From Phoronis australis (Eukaryota > Animalia > Phoronida): a DNA stretch of 64,000 nt. Positions 52,220 to 64,000 of the stretch are shown piece by piece. Where the stretch lies: assembly GCA_002633005.1 (NCBI GenBank), contig NMRA01000069.1, positions 158,203 to 222,202 on the forward strand, in the 5' to 3' direction. How positions within the stretch are numbered: the first letter of the stretch is position 1; each line of letters opens with the position of its first letter. The position numbers were made by a program, and so were the translations under genes. The notes under the pieces are model-generated. The model had not been told where the DNA came from and did not search any database. It was given only the letters and a program-made list of their open reading frames with translations.

Positions 52220-53081
52220 CAGGGTGTTCCATCAAAACAGGAACCCCAATCCAAAATCGATATCCCAGAGTCGACAACAGACTCCCGCACCAGCTAACCA
52301 GTTCCAAAAACACGAATCCTGACCTTTAAAATAGGAACCCCGGGGACCGGACAGAAAACCCGGACAATTTTTCAAACTTTTCTGAGATCGTTGTCAGTGG
52401 ACTCAAACTTTGAGTTAAAGCATTTTTGAGTACTTTGCAGTTGTTTTCTGTATTTTTTCGTTAAAAATTGTCACTTATAAAACGAAACTTATATTTGATT
52501 TTTATCGGTAACACTCGAACAACTTGTTTATGTGTGAATTTCCACATTTTCTATACTCTCAACACGTTGTTGTCTCGGTGAATATTTAGCTTTATTCAGA
52601 TTGTTCAATAAAAATTTCTCCAAAAATCTCTTCAAAAATGAAAAACAAAAATAGTATTTCGACTTTTAAGTGTCATTTTATATTAATTTCTTGTAATATG
52701 TACGCAACCTCGAGAAAGAAGAACAGTTTTTGAAGAACTGCGGAAAAAAGAAACTGGCCAATAGGTGACGCAACATTTCATGGCTCCTGAAGAGGACGCA
52801 AAAGATCGCACCACAACTTCAACAGAAGAATAACGTCGAACGCTTATCCGTTATAAGTTCAAAACAACATATCACAACTATTTATTTAAAGTAGGAAGAT
52901 TTATTTTTCACTAAACAATGTTTCACAGTAAGTGCGGGAGTGGTATTTCGGTCCCCGGGTTTCGGGGTTCCTGTTTTAACTGTCATGATTCGTAATTTTC
53001 TGGCTGGTTAGCTGTTTTTAAGGTACTGGAGTCTGTTTTTGATTTCGAAGTATCTGTTTTACACGGGATTCCTGTTTCGAT
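52220..53081. mobile_element. Tc1/mariner-like non-autonomous element with IR-DR-type ends, in intron 3
   Basis: Starts CAGGGTGTTCCATCAAAACAGGAACCCC. The AAA(C/T)AGGAACCCC motif occurs twice in the left arm (52220-52350) and inverted twice in the right arm (52947-53081). Confidence 0.65.
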
Positions 53082-53421
53082 AAAGAAAGTAGGTGGTTGT
53101 CGAAAATTGTCCTGCTGAGTGGCATGTCCCCTGATCTTCTCCTTGGCAAAAGTCACCGTATCCTCCCAGGAATTTAGTACGGTACACCCTTTCCTTGAGG
53201 AATCTAATTTTGGAACACCGCAAGTTTAAGTGGAATATTTCTAATTTTCCGCCCAGTCCTAATAGTTCTCCATCTCCCTGGAATTCAGGACTGTATCCAC
53301 GCTCTGCCAGTTCTTCTGTGCAGCAAGAGCTCAAAAGTTAGCACAGATGTTGCAAGACCTCAAAAGAAACATTTGTCCCGATCAAACCTCGATTTGTGAC
53401 AAAATAATCCGTATTACTCAC

Positions 53422-53573
53422 GAGTGCAAACCGAAGAAGGCGGCATACATCAAGTCAGTGAAGTGACTGTTGGTAAGGGTATCTTTGGTGAACCAGTCCA
53501 TTTTGTTAGGAAGTTCGCCCTGAAACTCCATAGTTAACACTTCTTTCCCTTCGTTGAACAAAGAGAATTTAAC
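53422..53573 (-). CDS. Secreted PAN/apple-like + uncharacterised-domain protein, exon 3
   Basis: attacag|GTT acceptor, TC|gtgagt donor. Encodes VKFSLFNEGKEVLTMEFQGELPNKMDWFTKDTLTNSHFTDLMYAAFFGLH. Confidence 0.87.
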
Positions 53574-54350
53574 CTGTAATGGAATGATTACTCACCTGAC
53601 TTAAAAGCACCACCACACTGTAAGTCTCTCACTAATATCCGCAACTTCAAAACCGTACAGTGCAAATCGTAGCATTTTTGTGTACCCGCTTCGTAAATGG
53701 TAATTAAAAATGACAATTCTCTTATAGATCTTCAATGAAATGATTTAGAAAATTTTAAATCTTTACCCGGTTAACACCCATCCTCACAAAATCCTCGATA
53801 AAATCATGGACCATATTTAACTATGTTCAAATGTCGGCAAAATATGATAACTGAGTACAAACTTAAAACAGCATTTCGTCATCAACAGCTAAATCACAAT
53901 TCGCGTCAAACAGTGTGTGAATTTTTTAGGCAAATTCGATAACAAGTTATGTTCAAATATGTGCTCTAATTTAAATTGAGAATAGTATCTTAACTTAGAA
54001 TTATTATCAAAGTCGTGCTATTAGACCTAATCAAAATACTATTTTAACACTTGATTAAATTCGTGAATTACAGGAATTTGTCTCAGTATTTGGTGGAGGT
54101 GGCCAAAAAATATTTTGCAAAGTCACGGACAAAATTTGCTTGGGTATGTGGCAAAGAGCGATCATGGCAGGGTGCAAAGTTCGTGACCACAGGTGTGCGA
54201 AGCGGTGGTTGTGGAAAGTGTGTGCGAGTTGTAAGTGAAGCATGGAGTTGCGAGTTTGTATTCCCTAGTCAACGGCATTGACAACGTTGGGCTCCGACTA
54301 CTGTGTAAGAGACCGGATATTTCATGTTGCTCTGATGTTCTTAGTCTTAC

Positions 54351-54526
54351 CTGATTCACGCCAAGTTGATTCCAGTTCTCCACAACTTGACTCTTATAGT
54401 GTTCTGCTGACGGCACCATTTCGTATACACCCGCCCCAGGCTGATCTGTGAATGTTGACCCCGCCCAGAGGTCAAACACACTTATATTGTTTGCGCTGCT
54501 TCCTTTGAATACAAGTTCCCAGGCGT
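54351..54526 (-). CDS. Secreted PAN/apple-like + uncharacterised-domain protein, exon 2
   Basis: cttgtag|AC acceptor, CAG|gtaaga donor. Encodes (D)AWELVFKGSSANNISVFDLWAG...HYKSQVVENWNQLGVNQ. Confidence 0.87.
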
Positions 54527-54838
54527 CTACAAGATTATATATCAACAAAAATTTTCGGAATGTTTAATAACTTTCAGTGAGATTTCCTTCAGGATTTTGT
54601 TTAATAATCTGCAGCTTTTATGAATATCATTTTCGGTGTAGAAGTGTCATTAAGATTACTTGCCAGTAATGCGGACATCTTAACTAAAATTAGAAAAACT
54701 TGCAATGTACAACTGCAGTACCCTGCTATGTAATTACTCAGCAGGGTTCTCTGCCTGTTCAAACACTACGTCTTTGGAAAATAGTCAATGATTACTTCAG
54801 GTGCGATCAAAATTTTACTTATGAAGTGGACTAATTAC

Positions 54839-55151
54839 CTGTGAGCGTGAATACAAGCCAGCAGGTGTCCACTGTCTTGTGCGTCGACAGCCACTTGTTC
54901 CTACTTATTTCACAAATCTGGTGCTGACTGCTGAAACTCAAGAATGAACATTGCTTTGATAAGCACAGGGTAGCACACCGCGTCAGGAAAGGAATTTTAT
55001 ATACGCCGTCCACGTAATTTGGTAGGATTCTGTGACCAACGAGTAACTTTGCCTGAGAAAATAGTCCCTGAATACTTTCCGGCGTGGACAAACCTACGAT
55101 ACTGCACAGGTATAACGCAATGACGAGCGTTTGACTTTTGCAAGATGACAT
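54839..55151 (-). CDS. Secreted PAN/apple-like + uncharacterised-domain protein, exon 1 (signal peptide + PAN/apple-like domain)
   Basis: ATG at 55151; hydrophobic leader MSSCKSQTLVIALYLCSIVGLS; PAN-like CATLCLSKQCSFLSFSSQHQICEI; G|gtaatt donor. The five exons total 888 nt, i.e. 295 aa + stop. Confidence 0.82.
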
Positions 55152-57247
55152 ATTCGTTACTGCGACAACCTCTACCAAAGACAGCTGTTGCGCGACGAAG
55201 GCCTACACTCACAACCATTTGCGTTTAAATTGTCGCGTCTGAAAGAAATCAAATCATGACTAATTGGGATCACGTGATATGTGCCTTGCTGAACGTTAGC
55301 GCGCGTGAGGAAATGTAAACATTCTACAGGATACCATTGGTCGGTTCCATGAAACACTCCGTAAGCGGACTCAACTACGTTTCTTGACTTTTGCACATGT
55401 GCGAACTTATGTCAATAGGGGCTGTCCTTTCTAATGCTGTTTTATTTTCACTACCAAGTCAGTTTTTATTATTGATAGGCATACAAAGAAAGCTACATTG
55501 AAATAGCGACATTATTGAAAGACGAATGGCGAAGAAGTTGTATGTTTTCATTAATGATATGCCCTCAGTTTCCAGATTAGTTATGGATTATTTTAGAATA
55601 CGAAAAGAATGACCACTATTAAGACGAATTGAACTCTGCAGAAGTCATCTGTTTTCGCTTGATTAAAATTTATTTTGGAGTTAATTTAAGCTTGGGTCTG
55701 AAATACCGATCTATTCTTGACATGTCCTCTCAATCTGATATGAGAACTGGAGTCTAAATTAAGGATTCCTTAGAAATTTTGCTTCCGTCGCTATTACAAA
55801 TGAACAGAGCCGCGTCCTGATGTCAACTCAAAGTAAAAGATAGCCGTAGTATTATTGAGCAGTGAACTTTGGACAGGCAGTGATCGAAGCAGCCAGCTTC
55901 AAAATTAATGATACGTGAAATCAATTCTGTCGATGTATCTAAATAGTCTATACCACTTGCAAAAGCAAATGAACTTTCTTTCCACCAAATCTGCCATTGT
56001 AATGTAAGATAGTTGTTTGACAAAATTAAATTAGATTTCTTCTACAAGGAAGGTTTGTTTTTCTTTTTTTTGCAGTGAGAACTTGCTGGAAAAGTCTGCA
56101 GTTACTCATTTTATTTATTTATTTTATTTATTGTGATATTTAAAATGAGTGTGGCCACTTCCGTGACAGTACGGCTTTCCAACTGGGTCCTCAGCCATCC
56201 ATTATCTTAGCAATTTCCATATTGATTTTAAAATATTATTCTAATGATCTGTATATTAACAGTTATGCAGCGTGTGTTATAAAATCACAAGTAGTGATAA
56301 TGGATGCACAAATTACCTCTTCAGTAGTCTGCATGGTAACCATGCTCTCTAATGGAGTTATTTTAGTAATACGATTCTGCTAATGTTTTTCGTTTGTTAC
56401 TTGACAATGCTCTCCTCGGTTATGATGACAACATGGGTCAAAGACCGCGGTTCCAAAATGTTCCTTGAAATGTATGATTATGGAAATAAAACATCAACAT
56501 TGTTAGTACAATACTACATTTTGCGATTACGATCAATTTGGAATTATTAGAATAATGAATGACACGCAGTGTGCATTGAAACTGCATTAGCTACTGTCTC
56601 ACACTTCTAAAGCCAAATTAAGATACTTCACATGTTTTTACACACTGTATACAGGTACAGGGCCGAGGGAAGCGGGGGTACATGCCCCCCCGCCTCCTCT
56701 TCTCAAGTATTTGTTTGTGTCTGCAGTGGGTGAAAAGCTCGCTGTAACGTGGTAAAAGGCAGTCGCTTCCAGCAAGCGTTATTTTTTGATTAACAATTGC
56801 ACAGATGTAGGCGGCTCACCCTTTACTTTGTTACTGATGACTCTGTAACTGCTGATTGTCTATCTGGTCACACTGTGACTTACTCTCACCAACCCATGCC
56901 TGACATTTGTAGTGTCTTGCTATGTTTGGAAACGCTTCACCAATGCAAGCACACGCCAGAACTTTATAGTATCTATCCAACCATTATAAGTGACAGGTTC
57001 TGGAATGTACCCGACGAGTTCTACATTAGTCATCAATATTATGTTGAAATTTAGTAGAATGTTTCAAGTAGTGTGCCCTAAACAATTTCATAATCACAGG
57101 CATGACATAACAATGTAGTAAATAAATAGAACAGGCAACTAAAGTAAGACCAGCGTTCAATGTACTCCTGACACAGGGGTTAGTGTGTTCTTTCAACAAC
57201 GGGACAAAGGAGATGGCATCGAACAAAAAACAACGAGACTGCATATT

Positions 57248-58060
57248 ATGCCTACAGAAGGAGAGCAGTTCTGAAGAACAGTCAACATGGCAACAAGTCA
57301 CTTGGACTAAGTGGACTGACGTTCCAGTCAGTGGAGAGATTTCAAGAGAGTGGAGCCACAGAAGTTGTGTTTTTTTTGAGATATGCAAAATGGCGTCGTG
57401 CCAACACCCACGAACCTGGCGAGATTGGCTGAGGTCAGGGAAACTTTAAACTCATTCTTCCTGCAGCTCCTCCCATGGAGACGGAATATTCACTGCAAGC
57501 TGTGCTGAGGACGACAGAAAAAGTCAGGATCACCTTGAAAAATTTTGGTACCGACACTATATTTACAGAACTCCACAGACCTTGTGATAATTGGTAGCAA
57601 TCGTGACCAAAAGAGCAAAAGCATCTCAACGACAGCTAGTGATTGCATTATTCGTGTAAACTTAATAAGAAATGTGTGGTTTCCAAGACACATAGTACAG
57701 AAAATGCTGCGATTGGACAAAATGGTGAACATGTACTCAGACAGGTTCAGACAGGTGGTTATTGTTGAATTATCGATACCATGGGATGAGATTAAAAGGG
57801 GCTCATCAGCACAAGAAACTGGTACATGGAACCCTCATAGAACACTTTGTGTCAACGGATTAAAAATGTAAAGTATTTCACTCGAGATCGGCTTTAGAGC
57901 ATTTCAACACACTAATTAGTTCGAATTGAAAATATAATGGAAGTGAAGAGGACGACGAAGAAGACCTATGTATCCGAGGCAGCAGACGAAACCGACAAAG
58001 CTTCCGGATAGACATGGCTGACATGCCAGCAAAAAACTCTAACAGCAGCAGACGAACCCG
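57248..58060 (+). mobile_element. Hero/R2-group non-LTR retrotransposon 3' remnant (restriction-like endonuclease), copy A
   Basis: Decayed motifs TWTKWTDV, VVPTPTNL, MYSDRFRQVVIVELSIPWDE, AHQ.K and EIGFRAF resemble RLE-type LINE C-termini. Confidence 0.6.
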
Positions 58061-60639
58061 CCTCTAGACAGACTAGACAGAGACTGAATTTATAAGTACG
58101 AAGCATAAAAATCATAATATCATCTTTTAATTTTAAATCCACCAGCTTTTCGACTGAAAACCCTTGACTTAATATCTAAAAAAGGGCGGGGAAATATGAA
58201 AAAGGGCGGGAATATAATTCAAAAGGCGAGAAAATCTTTTAAAGGAAGAGACAGTCTGAAATGGGGTGGGAAAATATAAAAAATGTGGAAAAGTGTTATA
58301 AAAGGGTGTAAATTTTAAATGAGGCTAAAATTCTAAAATCTAATGAAAATGGGAAAATATGAAAAGAGCGGAAAATCTAGAAAAGAGCTGGAAAATTTAA
58401 AGCACGTACTTCATTTGGATGTCTACTGTGTATTAGTATAACGCAGATTGATAACATGTATGTATCCCAGAGATGCCTAAATATATTAAACCGAGCACAG
58501 TTCTTCACCAAGATTTCAAATACCGCATTTCAACCATACAATAGTTTGACAAGAACCGTTGCGAACAAGAGTGTAGAAGCTTTTGGTGACCGGTGAAAAT
58601 TACGACGACCTACCTTAGGACCCCATGAAACGAGTTGATATATAAACAGACACTGTTTGGCGCTTCTAAAGTCAAAGTACGGTAGTGCAGGTGAGTGATA
58701 TTTTACACGTATTTCATGACAATGCCTCTGAGAATGTTAGGTCCATGTAGCCCTAACTTTGAACGTCGTTGTTTTGGTTCGTGTTTTCGAACAAAACCCT
58801 TACTTTTTTATCAATACAGTGGGTTACCTATTTCTTGGTATAAACGGTGAAACTGTGAACGAAATAGAGTTCGCTTCATCGAGTCTAACCCGGTTTGAAG
58901 CTCACGATTACGACTTGACGTGATTGGCGCTTTGTGTATTTTTAATAGTTTGCCCTTTCATGCGAAGGATTTTGGAGATTTTTTTTCAGGAATACATAAA
59001 AAATGCCTACAGAAGGAGAGCAGTTCTGAAGAACAGTCGACATGGCAACAACACACTTGGACTAAGTAGACTGACGTTCCAGTCAGTGGAGAGATTTCAA
59101 GAGATTGGAGCCAAAGAAGTTGTGTTTTTGTTGAGATATGCAAAATGGCGTCGTGCCAACACCCACGAACCTGGCAAGATTGGCTGAGGTCAGCGAACTT
59201 TGAACTCATTCTTCCTGCAGTTCCTCCCTTGCAGATGGATTATTCACTGCAAGCTGTGCCAAGAACGGCGGAAGTAGTCAGGATGACCTCGAAAAATATC
59301 GGTACCAAGACTTTATTTGTAGAGCTCCAAAGACCTCCTGATAACGGGAAGACAGTAGAAATCGTGATCAGAAAAGCAAACGCATCTCAACGACGGCAAG
59401 TGACTGCAAAATGATGTACATGTACTGAGACAGGTCCAGACAGGCAGCGATTGTTGAATTAACGATACGATGGGGATGAGATTATAAGGGGCTCATCAAC
59501 GCAAAAAACTGATGCATGGAAACCTCGTAGAACACTAGAACTTTTGGATATTTTCATTCGAGATCGGCTTTAGAGCATTCCCAACACTCTAATTAGTTCG
59601 AATGGCAAGTATGATGGAAGTGAAGAGGACGACGAAGAAGACCTAAGTATCCGAGGCAGCAGACGATACCAACAATGCTTCCGGATAGACATGGCTGACA
59701 TGCCAGCAACAACTCTAACAGCAGCAGACGAACCAGCCGCTAAACAGACTAGACAGAGACGGCATTTACAGGTAAGAAGCTTAAAAACATGATATCAACT
59801 TTTTAATTTTAAATCTACCAACTTTTCAGCTGAAAATCCTTGACTTAAAAATCTAGCAATGGCGGAGAAATCGGAAAATGTCGAGAAAGTATAAATTAAA
59901 AGGATGTAAAATCTTTTAAAGGCTTAGAAAATCTGAAAAGGGTTGGAAAATATACGAAATAGGCGAAAATGTTATAAAAGGGCGGAAATTTTAAATAAGG
60001 GCGGAAAATTCTAAAAAAATGGCTGAAAAAATAATGAAGATGGGAAGTAATCTGAAAAGGGCTTGAAATCTAGAAAAGAGCTGTTAAATTTAAAACACGT
60101 ACTTCATTCGGATGTCTACTGTGTTTTACTATAACACAGATTGATAACATATATGTATCCCAGAGATGCTTAAATATTACAACACCGATCATAATTCCTC
60201 ACCCAGGTTTCAACTACGGTATTTCAGCGATACAACATTTTGACAAGAATCAAAATGGTACTGAACAAGGGTGTTCAAAATTCTGGGGACTAAGAGGTGA
60301 AAATTACAATAACGTAGGACTTATTATGTGAAGATAAATGTTCCCTTCCATCAAACGTCCGCGATTTATATTAAACACGTATTTCATGACAATGCCTCTG
60401 GTAATATTAAGCCCGTTCAGCGCTAACTTTGAAAATTATTTTGGTCCGTGTTTTGCATATACCACGGGGTTACCTTACCTATTTCTTAGTATAAACGATG
60501 AAACCTTGGACCGAATGGAGTTTGCTTAACCGACTCTAGCTTGATTTGAAGTTCACGAATTCGGCTTCACTTGATTGGCGCTTCGTGGGTCTTTAACAAT
60601 TGGCCCGTAAGTGCGAATGTTTTGGAGATTTTTTCAGGA
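57248..60639 (+). repeat. Head-to-tail tandem duplication (~1.74 kb + ~1.64 kb)
   Basis: Units 57248-58991 and 59003-60639 both start ATGCCTACAGAAGGAGAGCAGTTCTGAAGAACAGTC and end TTTTGGAGATTTTTTCAGGA. Each contains a degenerate ~20-bp AAAAGGGCGGAAAAT array. Confidence 0.9.
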
Positions 60640-63600
60640 GTAGTTTTCGAGTTTTTCCGAAGAAAATTACTCCAGTGAGTAAATCCAATAATCCCCCGCA
60701 ATTGTGGCATTTGTGATTTAGGAAAATATCCCTCTAAAGGACTCGGCTGAAAGGATGTAACAGAATAAATTTTAAACTGATAGGAGATGAAGAAAGAAGC
60801 AGATTCACTTTGAAATTTTTATTGCATATATTTCCTATCATTACAAAAATATTACGTATCACGAGCAAGGTAATTGCTGTGTTACTAAACTGTTAAGATC
60901 TTTCTAATATCTTCGAGCCTAGACTACAATTAACATATAAAGCTCGTAATAAGCAGACGTTATAAAAATCTCACTACACCTGAAAAATGACATGCTCTCC
61001 CTTCATACAAAAAACAAAGATATCATAAATTGGAACATGGCTCCTGTGCTTTCCACTTCGTCGATGGGATCTAAAGGGCAAATTTCTTACCTTTCACGCA
61101 AGTCCTCACAAGATATCACCATGTATTGACCGTTTTACAGATTGTGTGAGACGTTGTATACGCAGAGGGTTGTAGGATTACGGTCACCCAAAATAGTGCC
61201 ATTATTTAACGCACAGTAGATATGCGACTTTTAGAGATAGTTTCATAAATATGCCAAAAATTCGGTTTAGTATAAATGAGAGTAAACAGGTTGCATTTAT
61301 TCAATATCAACTGCCAGCTTAACAAAAAGAATCACCTACGTGTACATGTGCGTGCTATTTCTCTGACGTAGGATTGGACAGCAAGAATGCTACAAATCTA
61401 CTCTGCATGTTGTGAAGTTAGGTCCTACGCAAGACATCTGTTTCGTACGCCATCTTGAATGCCTGATTCGCTACAGGATTAAAACTGACCGCTTAACTGC
61501 CAATCAGAATCCAGCATTCTTAACACACCTTCGCCTGCGTTTCCAAGCCACGAGTTTACCTGACAAGCAAACATTGTCGTGTAAAACTTATTATTAGAAA
61601 TTTCGTGATAAGAATGGTGATACGGTGTTGATGTGGCGTGTGTAATTCTGACAGCCGCATTTCCTAAGCCGAAAGTGATGTCCGAAGGTTTCAACTATAT
61701 ATGAAACTGTGCGAAGGGCCACGCACGCGAGCAGCTGAACTTGGTAATGTTACTTGATTACTCGAAGGTTAAACACAAATATATTTTTTCCAAGAAACAC
61801 ACTTTTCAGTTTGGTGGCTATAGTGTAGGCTTATCGGATTTTGACTCCGGAGTTTCACTCGTCTGGCCGCCTTTGTCTCGGCACCTGCTGGATTTCAGTA
61901 CTATAGTCTATCGATAGTCCCTGGAAATTGTTTTTATATTTTTACTATTTTTCAGTTATTTCTACCTATATGTGTTTTTTAATCGAAATATTTCGTTCGA
62001 AGATTAGAAAAGCGTAAACAGTGCCATCGACTCGACTTCCTTTACTCGGGGTGTCCCTCGGGCAGTTGTGACCTACTTTCATTTGGCGGGTTTTAGCTGA
62101 CGACAGAATAGAAATATCGGTGAATCTTCACTGATTTTGTTCAAAAGATCCTGAATTCTATGGCATCGTACAGATAATTCGACTTTAAGGTACAGTCCCA
62201 GCTCTTCATGAACGTAGTGCATCAATGGCTTTGTCATTTGTCAGGTGAAGTTGAACCCCCTGTGGGGTTCTTCGAATTTTCACTGGCTCCGAAATACTTT
62301 ACCTCGAACACTTATTTTTTCATCGTCACCGCTACAAATTCCAATATTATGATCGTAAGATTCGCCTAATGTCTTTGTCGAAGCGTTTTTCGGATAGTGC
62401 AAAAAATACATCGATTCCAACAGGAACGTCGTTTAACGACAGTGTATTTGTCTCTGACATCTTGTTTGTTTGTTTGTCGGGTGTCACGTGACTTTTCGTA
62501 AGGGGGCGGAGCTTACGATACGTCAATTCCCGTGCATGTCTATTTGAGTGCACGGAGAGTACGAGTTGCTAAAACCGACATTTTTCAAATAATATCGCCT
62601 TGATCGTCAAATGGTTTCTATTATGCCATTCTCAAACTGTTCATGATCTTCTCATACTCGTTCTCTTTTCTGACATCCACAAGCCCAAATTTGGAGTCCA
62701 TATAAAAAAGCGGATGCTATCAGTAAAAATTCGGTAATTTGCAAAATCCTCCATATCCACTCAGGGTCATCATTCATTACCCATAATTCTGTGTTGTTGG
62801 ACAACGAGCATGAACTTTAAAACTGCGTGCCGGGCAAAGAAAGCCTGCCAGTAAGACAAAAACTGAAGACCATGTTTCAGCAGCCGGGGATACCCGATGT
62901 TGAAGGTTACTGCACTCAAAGATTTTTTGCAAAGATTTAGGAAAAAACACATTCACGTAAGAAAATTGGAATGTTTTTGGAAAAGATCCTGAATAGTTGT
63001 TAAAGCCTTTTGCAATTTGTTTGTGCTTCATTATCGCCGATTCTGTTATACTGAAGCCCAACTTTAGAAGCGGGCTCCGCGTATTTCAGCGCAAAAATAA
63101 TTTCATTGAATCACCGTTATTGCTTAGCTCCTCCCAGCGGCCCCGTTAAAGTTGGAAGCGAAGAAGGACAAAAACTAACATGGCTTATAGGTCATCCAAA
63201 TTGAGTCGTAAACTTGAGGCTGTTATGTACAATGCATGTATTGGTGTCTTAAAGTTTTTAGCAAGCGCTATTTTCGCCGCTTACTCGCCATTTTAAGAAG
63301 TACTTACATTTCACTTCTGATTCGTAATACAGCGCCATGTGAAAATCGAATTCTTTACCCCATCTAGTTCTCTAGGTCGCTACCAGTACGCATGCAATTT
63401 AAACTTTGAACTCGTGTATTCCAGGCGAAGCAAGTGATAAATGCGGAGCCACCGAAGACACATGAAAGAAAAGGCATTTCTCTGCGTAAGTGGTTTCCAC
63501 AACTTTTTGTAGCTGGTTCAGACGAAATGTTCTTATTTTGCTTCAATTTTGGGGCCTCGTAGATGAGGGTAGTGTTGTGTGCAAGTGTCTTGCGTCTGCA

Positions 63601-64000
63601 ATAACACGACACTGGAAACGCTTTTTTGAGTTGAGACTGCACGCTCTTTGAATTGGGAGATTGGCAAGTGTTCAACACGTCAAAATCACGCTTGTGAGCT
63701 TCACTCCGGAAACAAAGCTATCATTAAATCTAGTGATTGTCAAGGTGTATCATGTCAGAACGTAAATTATTTATTCAGAAAAATGCAAAATGAAATACAG
63801 ACAAAAAGCATGCCAGGTTATGCATGCCCACGACAATAGTCCCCCTGGTTGCGGACCTGGGATATGCAAGCGCAGTCTCGTCTTCATGACCATAAACGCG
63901 AGATAACAAACAAAAGGCCCTGTCTCACTTTTTCGAATATCAAACTCTTATGAGATTCTTCATAAAAATGTTCCAATACGCAGCCGTACACACAATTCTT

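Noticed and set aside
53059-53203. Apparent in-frame terminal exon for the PAN gene (FLKERVY...FLYRNRNPV*)
   Set aside because: The acceptor is weak and the end runs into a transposon TIR. The exon at 51289-51105 has much stronger splice sites, the right phase and a matching final exon.
58160-58400. Regularly spaced ~20-bp repeats resembling a CRISPR array
   Set aside because: Degenerate tandem minisatellite with no unique spacers and no cas genes, in a eukaryotic context.

Overview
AT-rich, intron-containing, repeat-dense eukaryotic DNA. An invertebrate, probably lophotrochozoan/mollusc-like origin is inferred from gene and transposon content and is not proven. Two spliced genes on the minus strand were rebuilt by hand from GT-AG sites. 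(1) A nicotinic acetylcholine receptor alpha-type subunit with four phase-consistent exons (16646-16513, 12749-12640, 4971-4791, 4379-4025). It has a non-canonical ligand site, extra cysteines and a proline in M2; the M3/M4 exons were not found in the window. (2) A complete 5-exon, 295-aa secreted protein (55151-49322) with a PAN/apple-like domain plus an uncharacterised Trp/Cys-containing domain. The rest is mostly transposon debris: a Gmr1-like (integrase-before-RT) Ty3/Gypsy pol, Tx1/L1, RTE-X/CR1-like and Hero/R2-like LINE remnants, Penelope-like remnants with minimal hammerhead-ribozyme motifs and TSD-flanked fold-back structures, PIF/Harbinger-, Kolobok-, hAT- and Tc1-type non-autonomous elements, and a ~1.7-kb tandem duplication. 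Most short ORFs in the ORF track are spurious. No database searches were run.
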